DNA from: Chloroflexota bacterium
Lineage (GTDB): Bacteria; Chloroflexota; Anaerolineae; Anaerolineales; UBA11579
Assembly: GCA_013112575.1 (NCBI GenBank)
Contig: JABFGG010000003.1
Coordinates: 324,997 to 388,996 of the forward strand
Direction of reading: 5' to 3'
Length of the DNA: 64,000 nucleotides
A program made the translations under genes and the position numbers. The notes beneath the pieces were generated by a model. The model was not told where the DNA came from. It ran no database searches and saw nothing but the letters and a program-made list of their open reading frames with translations. Position 1 is the first letter of the stretch; the number at the start of each line of letters is the position of its first letter. Positions 38,531 to 47,909 of the stretch are shown piece after piece.

Positions 38531-39049
38531 ATGGCAACTACACTGGATGCCCAACCTATAGCTAATCCCAACCGTTCCAAGTTCATTTTGGGTGGATTGT
38601 TGCTTTTGGTTGCGGTGGTTTATTTGATTGTTTCATCTACGATCGCTGGCGCCCAATATTTCTTTACTGTTGATGAGTTGATGACCCGCACAGATGATGT
38701 TGTTGGGTCGCCTTTGCGTGTCTCTGGTGCAGTTATCGGCGAGACCATTGATTACGATCCGGATACACTGACCCTAAAGTTCACTGTGGCCCACATGCCC
38801 GGCGACCAGGCATTATTGGATGAAGAAGGTGGCCTGGCCGAAGCACTTTATACCGCCGTGAATGACCCTGACCGCACACGTATGGAAGTGGTCTACGTTG
38901 GTGTTAAACCCGACCTCCTGCGGCACGAAGCCCAGGCGATTATGGCCGGGACGATGGGTGAAGACGGTGTTTTCTACGCCGATGAACTTTTACTCAAATG
39001 CCCTACCAGGTACGAAGAAGCCGCACCTGACCAGGTCAGCGACAACTAA
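38531..39049 (+). CDS. ccmE: Heme chaperone CcmE, Cys-type
   Basis: N-terminal TM, LRVSGAV, KPDLL, LLLKCPTRY (CxxxY). Confidence 0.9.
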   Translation: MATTLDAQPIANPNRSKFILGGLLLLVAVVYLIVSSTIAGAQYFFTVDELMTRTDDVVGSPLRVSGAVIGETIDYDPDTLTLKFTVAHMPGDQALLDEEGGLAEALYTAVNDPDRTRMEVVYVGVKPDLLRHEAQAIMAGTMGEDGVFYADELLLKCPTRYEEAAPDQVSDN

Positions 39050-39109
39050 TTACTGTTTATTTCAGGATCAGGAAATCACTTTTCTGATCCTGAGTTTGGA
39101 GAGAGGTTT

Positions 39110-41209
39110 ATGTTAGCTAGTCTTGGTTATGGCGCCCTTGTAATTACTTTTTTGGTCTCATTATATGGTGTGGGCGCAGCTATCTATGGTGTTACACAGA
39201 ATAAAGCGAGTTGGGTGGATAGTTCCCGCAACGCCATGTTGCTCACTTTCCCCTTATTGACCATTTCCGCACTAAGCATCACCCTCCTGCTCATACAAAT
39301 GGATTTTCAGGTTGAGTACGTGGCCAGTGTCACCAGCCGCAGTATGCCTATGTACCTGCGCATTACAGCCCTTTGGGGTGGGCAGGAAGGCTCGCTCGTT
39401 TTTTGGGCCTGGTTAATGGCTGCATTTGCCTCAGCAGTAACTTTGCGCGATTGGAAACGCGATCGCGAATTCCTTCCCTGGGTTGTAGTGGTCTCGCTGA
39501 GTACGCTGGCTTTCTTTTTGATCTTGATCATCTTCTTCGAGAATCCCTTTGTGCGTTTGTGGCAAAGTTCCTCCGGCGAGATTATTTCAGCAGTCTGGCA
39601 ACCAGCCGGTACCCTACCATTTATACCTGCCGATGGGCGCGGCCTCAATCCTTTGTTACGCCATCCAGGCATGATCATCCATCCCCCCTTGCTTTATCTG
39701 GGTTTCGTTTCCTTCGTAGTTCCCTTTGCTTTTGCCATTGCTGCTCTGATCACAGGGCGCACTGACGATCGTTGGATCCGCGTAACCCGTCGCTGGACTT
39801 TGTGGGCATGGTTGTTCCTTTCCCTAGGCCTGGTATTGGGTGGTCGCTGGGCCTACGATGTTTTGGGTTGGGGTGGTTACTGGGGTTGGGATCCGGTTGA
39901 GATCGCGGCTTTCATGCCCTGGCTAACAGGCACAGCTTTCCTGCATTCTGTGATGATCCAGGAAAAGCGCGGCATGTTCAAACATTGGAATATGTTCCTT
40001 ATTATCCTGACGTATGACCTGGTCATCTTTGGTACTTTCCTGACGCGTTCCGGTGTGCTCTCCTCTGTACACTCCTTTGCCCAAAGTGCCATAGGGCCAT
40101 TGTTCTTTGTTTTCATTGTATTGACCTTGACGATTTCCCTGTGGCTGCTTGTCCGTCGCTGGGCTGAATTACGTGGTGAGGAACAGATCAATTCCTTCTT
40201 CTCACGTGAAGCCTTCTTCTTATTCAATAACCTCATCTTCATGGCCATCCTGGTGATCTGTTTCTGGGGTGTGGTTTTCCCCCTCGTCAGCGAGGCCTCC
40301 GGTCTTATCGGCCAGGCAATTCCTGCGCTTTCGAATGTCTTCACCGGGCAAAAGATCACGGTTGGCCCCATCTTTTACGAACGTGCGACAGGCCCGTTAT
40401 GGGCGGGGCTACTGGTTTTGATGGGTATTGCACCGCTTTCAGCCTGGGGAGCTTCTACTGCTAAAACACTGGGCCGCAAGTTATGGCTGCCCACGATCAT
40501 CTCATTCATTCCTGCTGTAGTGATCTTTTTTCTGGGTGTGAGCGGTGCTGCGTTGCTGGCCTTTTGGCTGGTTTCGTTTGTAACGGCGATCACCTTGTAT
40601 GAGTTTTGGCAGGGAGTGGGGGCACGTGTGCGTACCAAAGGAGAAAATGTGTTCGCCGCCTTCTGGGCCTTGGTTGGGCGTGACCGGCGCCGCTATGGTG
40701 GCTATACCATTCACCTTGGTATTGTGCTTATGGCAGTAGGTATCATTGGCATCGAGATTTTCCAGACTGAGACCCAAGGTACTGTCCCGATCGGTGGCGA
40801 GATCGCCCTGGGAGATTATTTAGTGCGCTACGACTCGCTGGCTGATTTCAATACGCCCGATGGCCGCAACGTGGCGCGTGCATCCATCAGTGTCTTTAGA
40901 GATGGTGAATACCTGACCGAGTTGAACCCCCGTCGTGACTACTATTTCGAATCGCAACAAACCATGACGATCCCTGGCGTGCGCAGCTCTATCGAGGATG
41001 ACTTTTATGTCCTGCTAGTGGACTGGCAGCCGATCTCGACTCAGAGTGCAACCTTCAAGATCTACCACAATCCATTGGTGAACTGGTTGTGGTTCGGCAG
41101 TGTTATCTTGATCGTAGGGACTTTTGTAGCAGCCTGGCCGGAAAAAGACCGAGCCGCGATACGCGAGAACAAACACTTACGAGTTCAGGCACCAGCCAGC
41201 GCGGACTAA
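39110..41209 (+). CDS. ccmF: Heme lyase CcmF
   Basis: WGGQEGS, HPPLLYLG, WGGYWGWDPVE, SVHSFA. Confidence 0.96.
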   Translation: MLASLGYGALVITFLVSLYGVGAAIYGVTQNKASWVDSSRNAMLLTFPLLTISALSITLLLIQMDFQVEYVASVTSRSMPMYLRITALWGGQEGSLVFWAWLMAAFASAVTLRDWKRDREFLPWVVVVSLSTLAFFLILIIFFENPFVRLWQSSSGEIISAVWQPAGTLPFIPADGRGLNPLLRHPGMIIHPPLLYLGFVSFVVPFAFAIAALITGRTDDRWIRVTRRWTLWAWLFLSLGLVLGGRWAYDVLGWGGYWGWDPVEIAAFMPWLTGTAFLHSVMIQEKRGMFKHWNMFLIILTYDLVIFGTFLTRSGVLSSVHSFAQSAIGPLFFVFIVLTLTISLWLLVRRWAELRGEEQINSFFSREAFFLFNNLIFMAILVICFWGVVFPLVSEASGLIGQAIPALSNVFTGQKITVGPIFYERATGPLWAGLLVLMGIAPLSAWGASTAKTLGRKLWLPTIISFIPAVVIFFLGVSGAALLAFWLVSFVTAITLYEFWQGVGARVRTKGENVFAAFWALVGRDRRRYGGYTIHLGIVLMAVGIIGIEIFQTETQGTVPIGGEIALGDYLVRYDSLADFNTPDGRNVARASISVFRDGEYLTELNPRRDYYFESQQTMTIPGVRSSIEDDFYVLLVDWQPISTQSATFKIYHNPLVNWLWFGSVILIVGTFVAAWPEKDRAAIRENKHLRVQAPASAD

Positions 41210-41210
41210 C

Positions 41211-41699
41211 ATGAAATCCAGACTCTTTCTTTTTGTTCTGCTGATCGCCTTGTTGCTGGCTGTGCCGGTTAGCGCGCAGGATAATCCCCCGCCGGATGCT
41301 CCTACGGATGATGAAATCAATGCGGTAGCCAAGAACATGTATTGTCCGGTATGCGAGAATGTGCCCCTCGACGTTTGTCCCACACTGGCTTGCGAACAGT
41401 GGCGTGCCCAGATCCGCGAACTTTTAGCGGAAGGCGCTACTGAGCAGGAGGTCTACGACTACTTTGTGCTGCATTACGGTGATCGCGTGCTGGCAGAACC
41501 ACCTCGCACTGGGCTCAATTGGTTGATCTATATCGTGCCGCCAGTAGTTATTCTGGCTGGTATTGTGGCTCTGTATTTTGCCTTGCGCAACTGGCGCAAG
41601 CCGGTTGCTGCAGCTCCGCAGTCTCAAGCTGAAAAATCGGGTGAGCCTGAAGATGAGTACATGGCTCGCCTGGAAGAAGAACTTGCCAAACGCAACTAA
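41211..41699 (+). CDS. ccmH: CcmH/CcmL thiol-redox subunit
   Basis: MYCPVCEN, YGDRVLAEPP. Confidence 0.9.
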   Translation: MKSRLFLFVLLIALLLAVPVSAQDNPPPDAPTDDEINAVAKNMYCPVCENVPLDVCPTLACEQWRAQIRELLAEGATEQEVYDYFVLHYGDRVLAEPPRTGLNWLIYIVPPVVILAGIVALYFALRNWRKPVAAAPQSQAEKSGEPEDEYMARLEEELAKRN

Positions 41700-41726
41700 G
41701 CGTTTGAATTTGGATGGAATAAGCTA

Positions 41727-42317
41727 ATGGCTGAAACTGAATTAGAACTGCAAACAGATGCAGTAGAAACAGAAGTAGAAAATGAACGCCGTGGTATGTC
41801 CCTTTGGGCTAAATTGTTAGCCTGGGGCCTGGTGCTGGGGTTGTTGGCTGTTGTTGCTGTTCAACTGGTCGCTACCCAACAGGGCAATGTGGGCCCTGGC
41901 GAACCTGCCCCAAACTTCACTCTGACCACCTTTGCGGGTGAAGAGATTGGCGCAGCGGAAATGCAGGGCAAGATCATTGTGCTCAATTTCTGGGCTTCCT
42001 GGTGTAAACCCTGTGAGCAGGAAGCGGCTGATCTTCAAACTGCCTGGGAGATGTATGAGCCAAGTGGTGAAGTGCTCTTCCTTGGCGCAGATTATGTCGA
42101 TACCCAGATCGAAGCCAGCAAATACCTGGAAAAGTTTAGCATCACTTACCCCAACGGCCCTGACCTGGGGACGCGTATCTCGCAGGCCTTTCGTATCCGC
42201 GGCGTGCCTGAAACTTATTTCATTGATAAGGAGGGCAATCTGGCTTACGTCAAAATCGGCCCCTTCACGACCCTGGCCGAGATCACTGACATCATAGACG
42301 GTTTGCTGGATTCCTGA
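41727..42317 (+). CDS. ccmG: CcmG/TlpA thiol-disulfide oxidoreductase
   Basis: LNFWASWCKPC, GVPETYFID. Confidence 0.85.
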   Translation: MAETELELQTDAVETEVENERRGMSLWAKLLAWGLVLGLLAVVAVQLVATQQGNVGPGEPAPNFTLTTFAGEEIGAAEMQGKIIVLNFWASWCKPCEQEAADLQTAWEMYEPSGEVLFLGADYVDTQIEASKYLEKFSITYPNGPDLGTRISQAFRIRGVPETYFIDKEGNLAYVKIGPFTTLAEITDIIDGLLDS

Positions 42318-42318
42318 C

Positions 42319-42834
42319 ATGGATATCGGTTCAATACTTCTCATTTTGGCAGTCTTCGTGATTACTGCAGTATTTGTCGTTCGCCCCTTGATCGATGGGC
42401 AATCTTATATGGTCAGCGAAGAGGAGCAGAATTTGTCCTCTCTTTTAGCTGAACGCGAACGTATCTTGGATGCCCTTGCAGAACTGGACTTCGATCATGA
42501 AATGGGCAAAGTTCCTGAAGATACCTATAAGGCGCAGCGGGCCGATCTGGCGAAAATCGGCGTTGGTATTTTACGCAAGATCGATGCTTCCCAACCGAAT
42601 GGTAGCCGGGAGAGTTCCGGGGATGCTGTAGAGGCTGTAATAGCCGAACGCAAGCAAGTAGTCTCGGCGGGTTCAGGTGGGGATGATCCATTGGAAGATA
42701 TGATCGCCTCGCGCCGCAGCCAGCAATCCGCTCCGGCTACCGGTAAATTCTGCCCGCAATGTGGTCAGGGTATTCATGCAGGGGATAAATTCTGTAGCCA
42801 TTGTGGCACTGTGATTGATTGGCCATACATATGA
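42319..42834 (+). CDS. CcmI-N-like membrane protein with zinc ribbon
   Basis: TM, L.ELDFDHEMGKV..Y, CPQCG..FCSHCG. Confidence 0.75.
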   Translation: MDIGSILLILAVFVITAVFVVRPLIDGQSYMVSEEEQNLSSLLAERERILDALAELDFDHEMGKVPEDTYKAQRADLAKIGVGILRKIDASQPNGSRESSGDAVEAVIAERKQVVSAGSGGDDPLEDMIASRRSQQSAPATGKFCPQCGQGIHAGDKFCSHCGTVIDWPYI

Positions 42835-44726
42835 AATTTTTTCGTCCCGCTTACGTTGTCCTCGCTCTATTATTACTAATCAGCCTGTCAGCCTGCATTT
42901 CACTGGCTCAAGATGTGACCCCTCCCCCCGGTTATCAACCTCCTGTTTTTGAGGACACGCCGGATTTTAGCGAAACTTTTCCATTGGTTTCTCCCAACCC
43001 TGAAACGGGTGCAAGCCTTTATATTGAAAGTTGCGCACCCTGTCATGGTGACACAGGTTTAGGCGATGGCCCTACTGCCGGACAATTGCCTGCAGCCCCA
43101 CCAGCCATTGGTTCTTTTGAAGTAGCCAGCCAGTCTTCTCCGCAGGATTGGTTCCAGGCAGTTACTTTAGGTAATTTGGATGCCCTCATGCCCCCCTTTG
43201 CGGAGGCCATGTCTGAAGGCCAGCGCTGGGATGTGTTGGCTTACACTTATTCTTTAGGTGTGACAGAAGAAACCATTGTCCAGGGCGAAACTGTTTATGC
43301 ACAGAACTGTGCTGCCTGTCACGGCGATGGTGGACAGGGCGATGGCCCCGAAGCTGCTAATTTGGCAGTCCCTCCTACGGATTTCACTGATCAGGCTCTT
43401 ATGGCCCAGTTTTCTGGCGAGGCGCTTTTCACCGGTATCACAGAAGGCGTCAACCCTGTCATGCCTGGCTTCACCGGTCTAAGCGAAGATGACCGCTGGG
43501 CAGTTGTGGCCTATTTGCGTTCCCTTACTTTTTCTACCCTGGCAGATGACGTTGACTTGCAAGTGCAGGCCCCTACAGAAGTTGCTGAGCAACCTGCACA
43601 AGAACCGGTGGAAGAGGAGGAACAGGCCGCGGAAGCAGTAACTGAGGAAGGACTGCCTGCCAGCGTTGGTGTGGTGCGTGGTCAGGTTTCACATGGTTCC
43701 ACTGTAGAACTTCCAGATGACCTGACCGTCGAATTAGTCGCTTTCGACCAAAGCGGCCAAATCGATGAGCAAAGCATCCCTGTGGAAGCAGATGGTTCCT
43801 TTGAATTCTCCGAACTTGATCTGGGACATGATCTGGTTTATTTCGTCACGACCGATCACCAGGATATGACCTATAGCTCTACTTTTGGTGTGTTCCCCCC
43901 GGGTGAAACGGAGATCGAGTTGCCCGTAACGATCTATGACACGACCACGGATGCATCCGATCTGGTGGTTAGCCGTCTGCATATCTTCTTTGAGTTTCCT
44001 TCTGAAGAAGTTATCCAGATTGTGCAGTTGTATGTCATCTCCAATCCTACTGATAAAACGGTCATTCCTGCCAGTATTGAAGAACCTGCTGTGCGATTCA
44101 GTATCCCCGAAAATGCCAGTAACCTCCAATTTCAAGAGGGTAGTTTTGCAGATCGCTTTGTCGTAACCGAAGATGGCTTTGGTGACACACTAGCAATATT
44201 GCCCGGTGCTGGCGACTATCAATTGTTATTCTCTTACGATCTGCCTAATGAGCGCAGCGTAGAGTTGGCCCAACCGGTTAATTTGAACGTCGATGCTTTG
44301 ATCGGATTCGTGATAGAAGGTCAGGCGTCGATAAAGAGTGAAGATCTGCAACCTTCCGCCTCGCAAGACCTCGGTGGTGTGCTATACCAGACCTATGTGG
44401 GGGGGGGCGTGCAGGCTGGCGATGAGATTACTATCGAGATTACAAAACGTGGTTTGGGCTTGAGCGGTATCGATTTCGGGCTCAGCAGCTTGATCATCGG
44501 TGGTTTGGCACTAGCGGTTGCATTGGGCGGTGCTTATTGGATGCTTACACGCGGTCAAAGCAGTCAGGAATTAGCGCCTGTAGCGTCAAGCCCCAATTCT
44601 GCTGAAAGCCTCATGGACGCCATCATTGCTTTGGATGATCGTTATGAGGCTGGTGAATTGGATGAAGCTCAATATCAGGCTGACCGCCAGGCATTAAAAG
44701 ATCAGTTGCGCGAGATGATGGATTAG
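42831..44726 (+). CDS. Diheme cytochrome c lipoprotein with beta-sandwich region and C-terminal TM/CcmI-like tail
   Basis: LSAC lipobox, CAPCH and CAACH each with MP.F, IIALDDRYEAGEL tail. Confidence 0.8.
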   Translation: MKFFRPAYVVLALLLLISLSACISLAQDVTPPPGYQPPVFEDTPDFSETFPLVSPNPETGASLYIESCAPCHGDTGLGDGPTAGQLPAAPPAIGSFEVASQSSPQDWFQAVTLGNLDALMPPFAEAMSEGQRWDVLAYTYSLGVTEETIVQGETVYAQNCAACHGDGGQGDGPEAANLAVPPTDFTDQALMAQFSGEALFTGITEGVNPVMPGFTGLSEDDRWAVVAYLRSLTFSTLADDVDLQVQAPTEVAEQPAQEPVEEEEQAAEAVTEEGLPASVGVVRGQVSHGSTVELPDDLTVELVAFDQSGQIDEQSIPVEADGSFEFSELDLGHDLVYFVTTDHQDMTYSSTFGVFPPGETEIELPVTIYDTTTDASDLVVSRLHIFFEFPSEEVIQIVQLYVISNPTDKTVIPASIEEPAVRFSIPENASNLQFQEGSFADRFVVTEDGFGDTLAILPGAGDYQLLFSYDLPNERSVELAQPVNLNVDALIGFVIEGQASIKSEDLQPSASQDLGGVLYQTYVGGGVQAGDEITIEITKRGLGLSGIDFGLSSLIIGGLALAVALGGAYWMLTRGQSSQELAPVASSPNSAESLMDAIIALDDRYEAGELDEAQYQADRQALKDQLREMMD

Positions 44727-44728
44727 GC

Positions 44729-45451
44729 ATGATCGAAGTCCGCAAACTCATCAAACGCTTTGGCCTTAAATACGTTTTGCGCGGCCTGGATTTTGAAGTT
44801 GAGCAGGGTGAGTTCGTTGCCCTGATAGGCCCAAATGGGGCCGGAAAAACGACCTTTTTGCGTATCTTGTCTTCATTATCGCGTCCCAGTATGGGCGAAG
44901 TCATGCTGGCCGGATACCGTTTGCCCCATCAGGCAGCAGCAGTGCGCTCCCAATTGGGGGTGCTTTCCCATCAACCATTGTTGTATGGCGACCTCAGTGC
45001 TGAAGAGAACCTGACCTTTTTCGGTCGTATGTATGCTGTCAGTGATCTGGAAACTCGTATCGGGGAGGTGCTCGAGTTAGTTGGCCTGAAGAAACGTCGC
45101 CGCGATCTGGTACGTACCTTTTCCCGTGGTATGCAGCAACGCCTGGCGATTGGCCGGTCGGTGATTCATGATCCCCAAATCCTATTATTGGATGAGCCTT
45201 ACACTGGCCTGGACCAGGATGCGTCATCTATGCTGGATGATGTGCTCAAGGCGGTTACTGCTGAGGGGCGCACAGTGGTGATGACCTCTCACGACCTGGC
45301 CAGAGCTGCCGATCTGGCTTCTCGCTTTGACATCCTTTCTCGTGGGGTGATTGCGGCCTCAGCTCTTCATGCAGATATTCCTCCAGATGGCCTCCTGGCT
45401 TTTTACCGCCGTACGATCAACCAGGAAGAGGAGCCTGCTCTTGTCAGTTAA
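44729..45451 (+). CDS. ccmA: Heme exporter ATPase CcmA
   Basis: GPNGAGKT, FSRGMQQR, LLDEPYTGLD. Confidence 0.92.
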   Translation: MIEVRKLIKRFGLKYVLRGLDFEVEQGEFVALIGPNGAGKTTFLRILSSLSRPSMGEVMLAGYRLPHQAAAVRSQLGVLSHQPLLYGDLSAEENLTFFGRMYAVSDLETRIGEVLELVGLKKRRRDLVRTFSRGMQQRLAIGRSVIHDPQILLLDEPYTGLDQDASSMLDDVLKAVTAEGRTVVMTSHDLARAADLASRFDILSRGVIAASALHADIPPDGLLAFYRRTINQEEEPALVS

Positions 45452-46157
45452 AAGTACTTCTGTAAAGCCAATAACTGCGCGAGCTCCCAGTTTCTTGCAG
45501 GCGGTCGGTGCGGTTGTTCGCAAAGACCTGGCCTCCGAGTTTCGCAGTCGCGAATTGCTTTCGGCCATGTTCTTGTTCGCATTGCTGGTCATCCTGATCT
45601 TTAATTTTGCCCTTGAGTTGAACGCTCGCGAACGCGGAGAAATTACCGCAGGTGTACTGTGGGTGACCTTCGTATTCGCCGGACAATTGGGTTTGAACCG
45701 TTCGATGGCCATTGAAAAGGACCGCAACTGTCTTGATGGTCTTTTGTTAGCGCCGGTCGATCGCAGCGCCATATATTTCGGCAAGATGCTGGCAAACTTA
45801 TTGTTCATGTTGATCGTTGAAGCCATTGTTTTACCCATTTACAGCATCCTTTATAACGTCAACCTTTTCCATCCTGGCCTGATCCTCGTTATCATTTTGG
45901 GCTCGCTTGGCTACGTCACTATCGGGACATTGTTGGCCACTATGGCCGTATACGCCCGCACGCGTGACATCCTTTTGCCTATCTTGCTGTTCCCTGTCGT
46001 GGTTCCTTTGTTGATCGCAGCAGTACGGGCCAGCAGTGCATTTCTACAAAATCTATCTATGGAATTTGTGTGGCCCAGCTTAAACTTATTGATCGTCTTT
46101 AACCTCATTTTTATAGCTGTTAGTTACATGACTTTTGACTTCATCGTTGAAGAGTAA
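45441..46157 (+). CDS. ccmB: Heme exporter CcmB
   Basis: KDL..E.RSRE, LDGLLLAP, LLPILLFP; TTG start after GAGGAG. Confidence 0.92.
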   Translation: MSVKSTSVKPITARAPSFLQAVGAVVRKDLASEFRSRELLSAMFLFALLVILIFNFALELNARERGEITAGVLWVTFVFAGQLGLNRSMAIEKDRNCLDGLLLAPVDRSAIYFGKMLANLLFMLIVEAIVLPIYSILYNVNLFHPGLILVIILGSLGYVTIGTLLATMAVYARTRDILLPILLFPVVVPLLIAAVRASSAFLQNLSMEFVWPSLNLLIVFNLIFIAVSYMTFDFIVEE

Positions 46158-46166
46158 GGAGTAATT

Positions 46167-46865
46167 ATGGAAACGAAACCACGCCTCTTGACCATTCTGG
46201 ATTGGTCCTCGATTATTTTGTTTCTTTTTGCCACTGGCATGGTGTTCATTTATGCCCCCATGGAAGCCGTTCTAGGGAACGTACAACGAGTATTCTATTT
46301 CCACGTGGCTGCAGGTTGGGTAGGTATGGTTGCTTTGGGTGTAGCTGTGGTCGCTGCCATTGCTTATCTGCGGACTTCGGATCGCAAATGGGACATCATC
46401 GGCCTGGCCAGCATTGAGATCGGCCTGGTCTTTTCTTTTATCAACATTATCAGTGGCGCCATCTGGGCACGCCCCATCTGGAACACCTGGTGGACCTGGG
46501 ACCCGCGCCTTGTGACTGCCACCATCATGGAATTGATCTACTTAGCCTACTTGATGCTGCGTCAGGGTATTGAAGACCCCGACAGACGGGCCCGCTTTGG
46601 TGCCGTCTATGCAATCGTGGGCTTCCTCAGCGTACCTTTGTCTTTCTTCTCGATCCGCATTTGGCGCACGATCCATCCTACGGTGGTTGGTAGCTCAGAC
46701 GCTGGGGCAGAGGGAGCTTTTGACATGACCCCCAGGATGTTGCAAACCTTCTTCTTCAGTCTGTTTGTGTTCACCATAATTGGCATCGATTTGATCTGGC
46801 ACCGTATTCGTCTGGGCCGCCTGGAAGACGATGTCGAACAACGCAAAATGCAGGTGATGGCATGA
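46167..46865 (+). CDS. ccmC: Heme exporter CcmC
   Basis: FYFHV, WARPIWNTWWTWDPR (WWD domain), RTIHP. Confidence 0.95.
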   Translation: METKPRLLTILDWSSIILFLFATGMVFIYAPMEAVLGNVQRVFYFHVAAGWVGMVALGVAVVAAIAYLRTSDRKWDIIGLASIEIGLVFSFINIISGAIWARPIWNTWWTWDPRLVTATIMELIYLAYLMLRQGIEDPDRRARFGAVYAIVGFLSVPLSFFSIRIWRTIHPTVVGSSDAGAEGAFDMTPRMLQTFFFSLFVFTIIGIDLIWHRIRLGRLEDDVEQRKMQVMA

Positions 46866-47035
46866 GCTATTTGACATTCTTTTTGCAAGAGGGGCCTGCC
46901 GAGACCACCGATTTTATGATTCTCGGCTTCGTATTCATCTTCGGTTCAATGGCCTTGCATCTCGTCAGTCTATATCTACGTAACCGCAATTTGCATCGTG
47001 ATATGGAATTACTGGATGATCTTGGGGAAGAGTAA
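46862..47035 (+). CDS. CcmD-like small membrane protein (57 aa, below the ORF track cut-off)
   Basis: ATGA overlap with ccmC; MSYLTFFLQEGPAETTDFMILGFVFIFGSMALHLVSLYLRNRNLHRDMELLDDLGEE, one TM followed by a charged tail. Confidence 0.7.
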   Translation: MSYLTFFLQEGPAETTDFMILGFVFIFGSMALHLVSLYLRNRNLHRDMELLDDLGEE

Positions 47036-47055
47036 AAAGGCAGAATTTATTAATC

Positions 47056-47088
47056 AAAACGGCGAGGATTATCCTCGCCGTTTTTTGT
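47056..47088. terminator. Bidirectional terminator
   Basis: aaaacggcgagga-tta-tcctcgccgtttttt. Confidence 0.8.
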
Positions 47089-47104
47089 TTTGAGCTTGTA
47101 TTTA

Positions 47105-47908
47105 TTATTCGATAGTGACTTCAGAGGGATCGTAATCGATTTGTGGGTACTGCATGTTGAAGCCTTTGAGTGTATCGATGATGATCGAGCTGATCACAAT
47201 GTTGCGATACCACTTGCGGTTGGCGGGTATCACGTACCAGGGGGCATAGTCCGTGCTGGTCTTGTTGATGGCATCCTCAAAAGCTTGCTGGTAATCGTCC
47301 CATAATTCACGTTCGGTCAGATCGCCAGGGTTGAACTTCCAGTTCTTGTGGGTTTCGTCAAGGCGCGACTGAAAGCGTTCTTTTTGTTCATCCTTATCGA
47401 TGTGCAGGAAGAATTTCAGGATGGTTGTACCTTCTTCGGCCAGCATGCGTTCGAAGTCGCGGATCTGGGCGTAACGTTTGCTCCACACACTCTCTGGTAC
47501 AAAGCTTTTTACGCGTACGATCAGCACGTCTTCGTAATGGCTACGGTTGAAAATAGTGATCTCGCCTTTGGCCGGGGTGTGCTGGTGAATGCGCCACAAA
47601 TAATCGTGGGACAATTCTTCTTTGCTGGGTGCTTTGAAACTGGCTACTTTGACACCCTGGGGGTTGACACCCTCGAATACGTGGCGGATGGTACCGTCCT
47701 TGCCGCTGGCATCCATACCCTGTAAAACCACCAGCAATTTACGTTTACCTTCGGCATAAAGTAATTCTTGCAGGCCTTCCAATTCATTATTGAGTTCTTT
47801 TAAATAGGCCTTGCCTGCTGTTTTATCTCCCTCAAAGGAACTTGCGTCTTTTGCGGGGATGTCTGCTAATTTAACAGGCTTATCAGGTTGAACGCGGTAT
47901 TGTTGCAT
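47105..47908 (-). CDS. ppk2: Polyphosphate kinase 2 family protein
   Basis: QGMDASGKDG, FNRSHYEDV, PWYVIPANRKWYR. Confidence 0.92.
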   Translation of the reverse strand: MQQYRVQPDKPVKLADIPAKDASSFEGDKTAGKAYLKELNNELEGLQELLYAEGKRKLLVVLQGMDASGKDGTIRHVFEGVNPQGVKVASFKAPSKEELSHDYLWRIHQHTPAKGEITIFNRSHYEDVLIVRVKSFVPESVWSKRYAQIRDFERMLAEEGTTILKFFLHIDKDEQKERFQSRLDETHKNWKFNPGDLTERELWDDYQQAFEDAINKTSTDYAPWYVIPANRKWYRNIVISSIIIDTLKGFNMQYPQIDYDPSEVTIE

Positions 47909-47909
47909 G

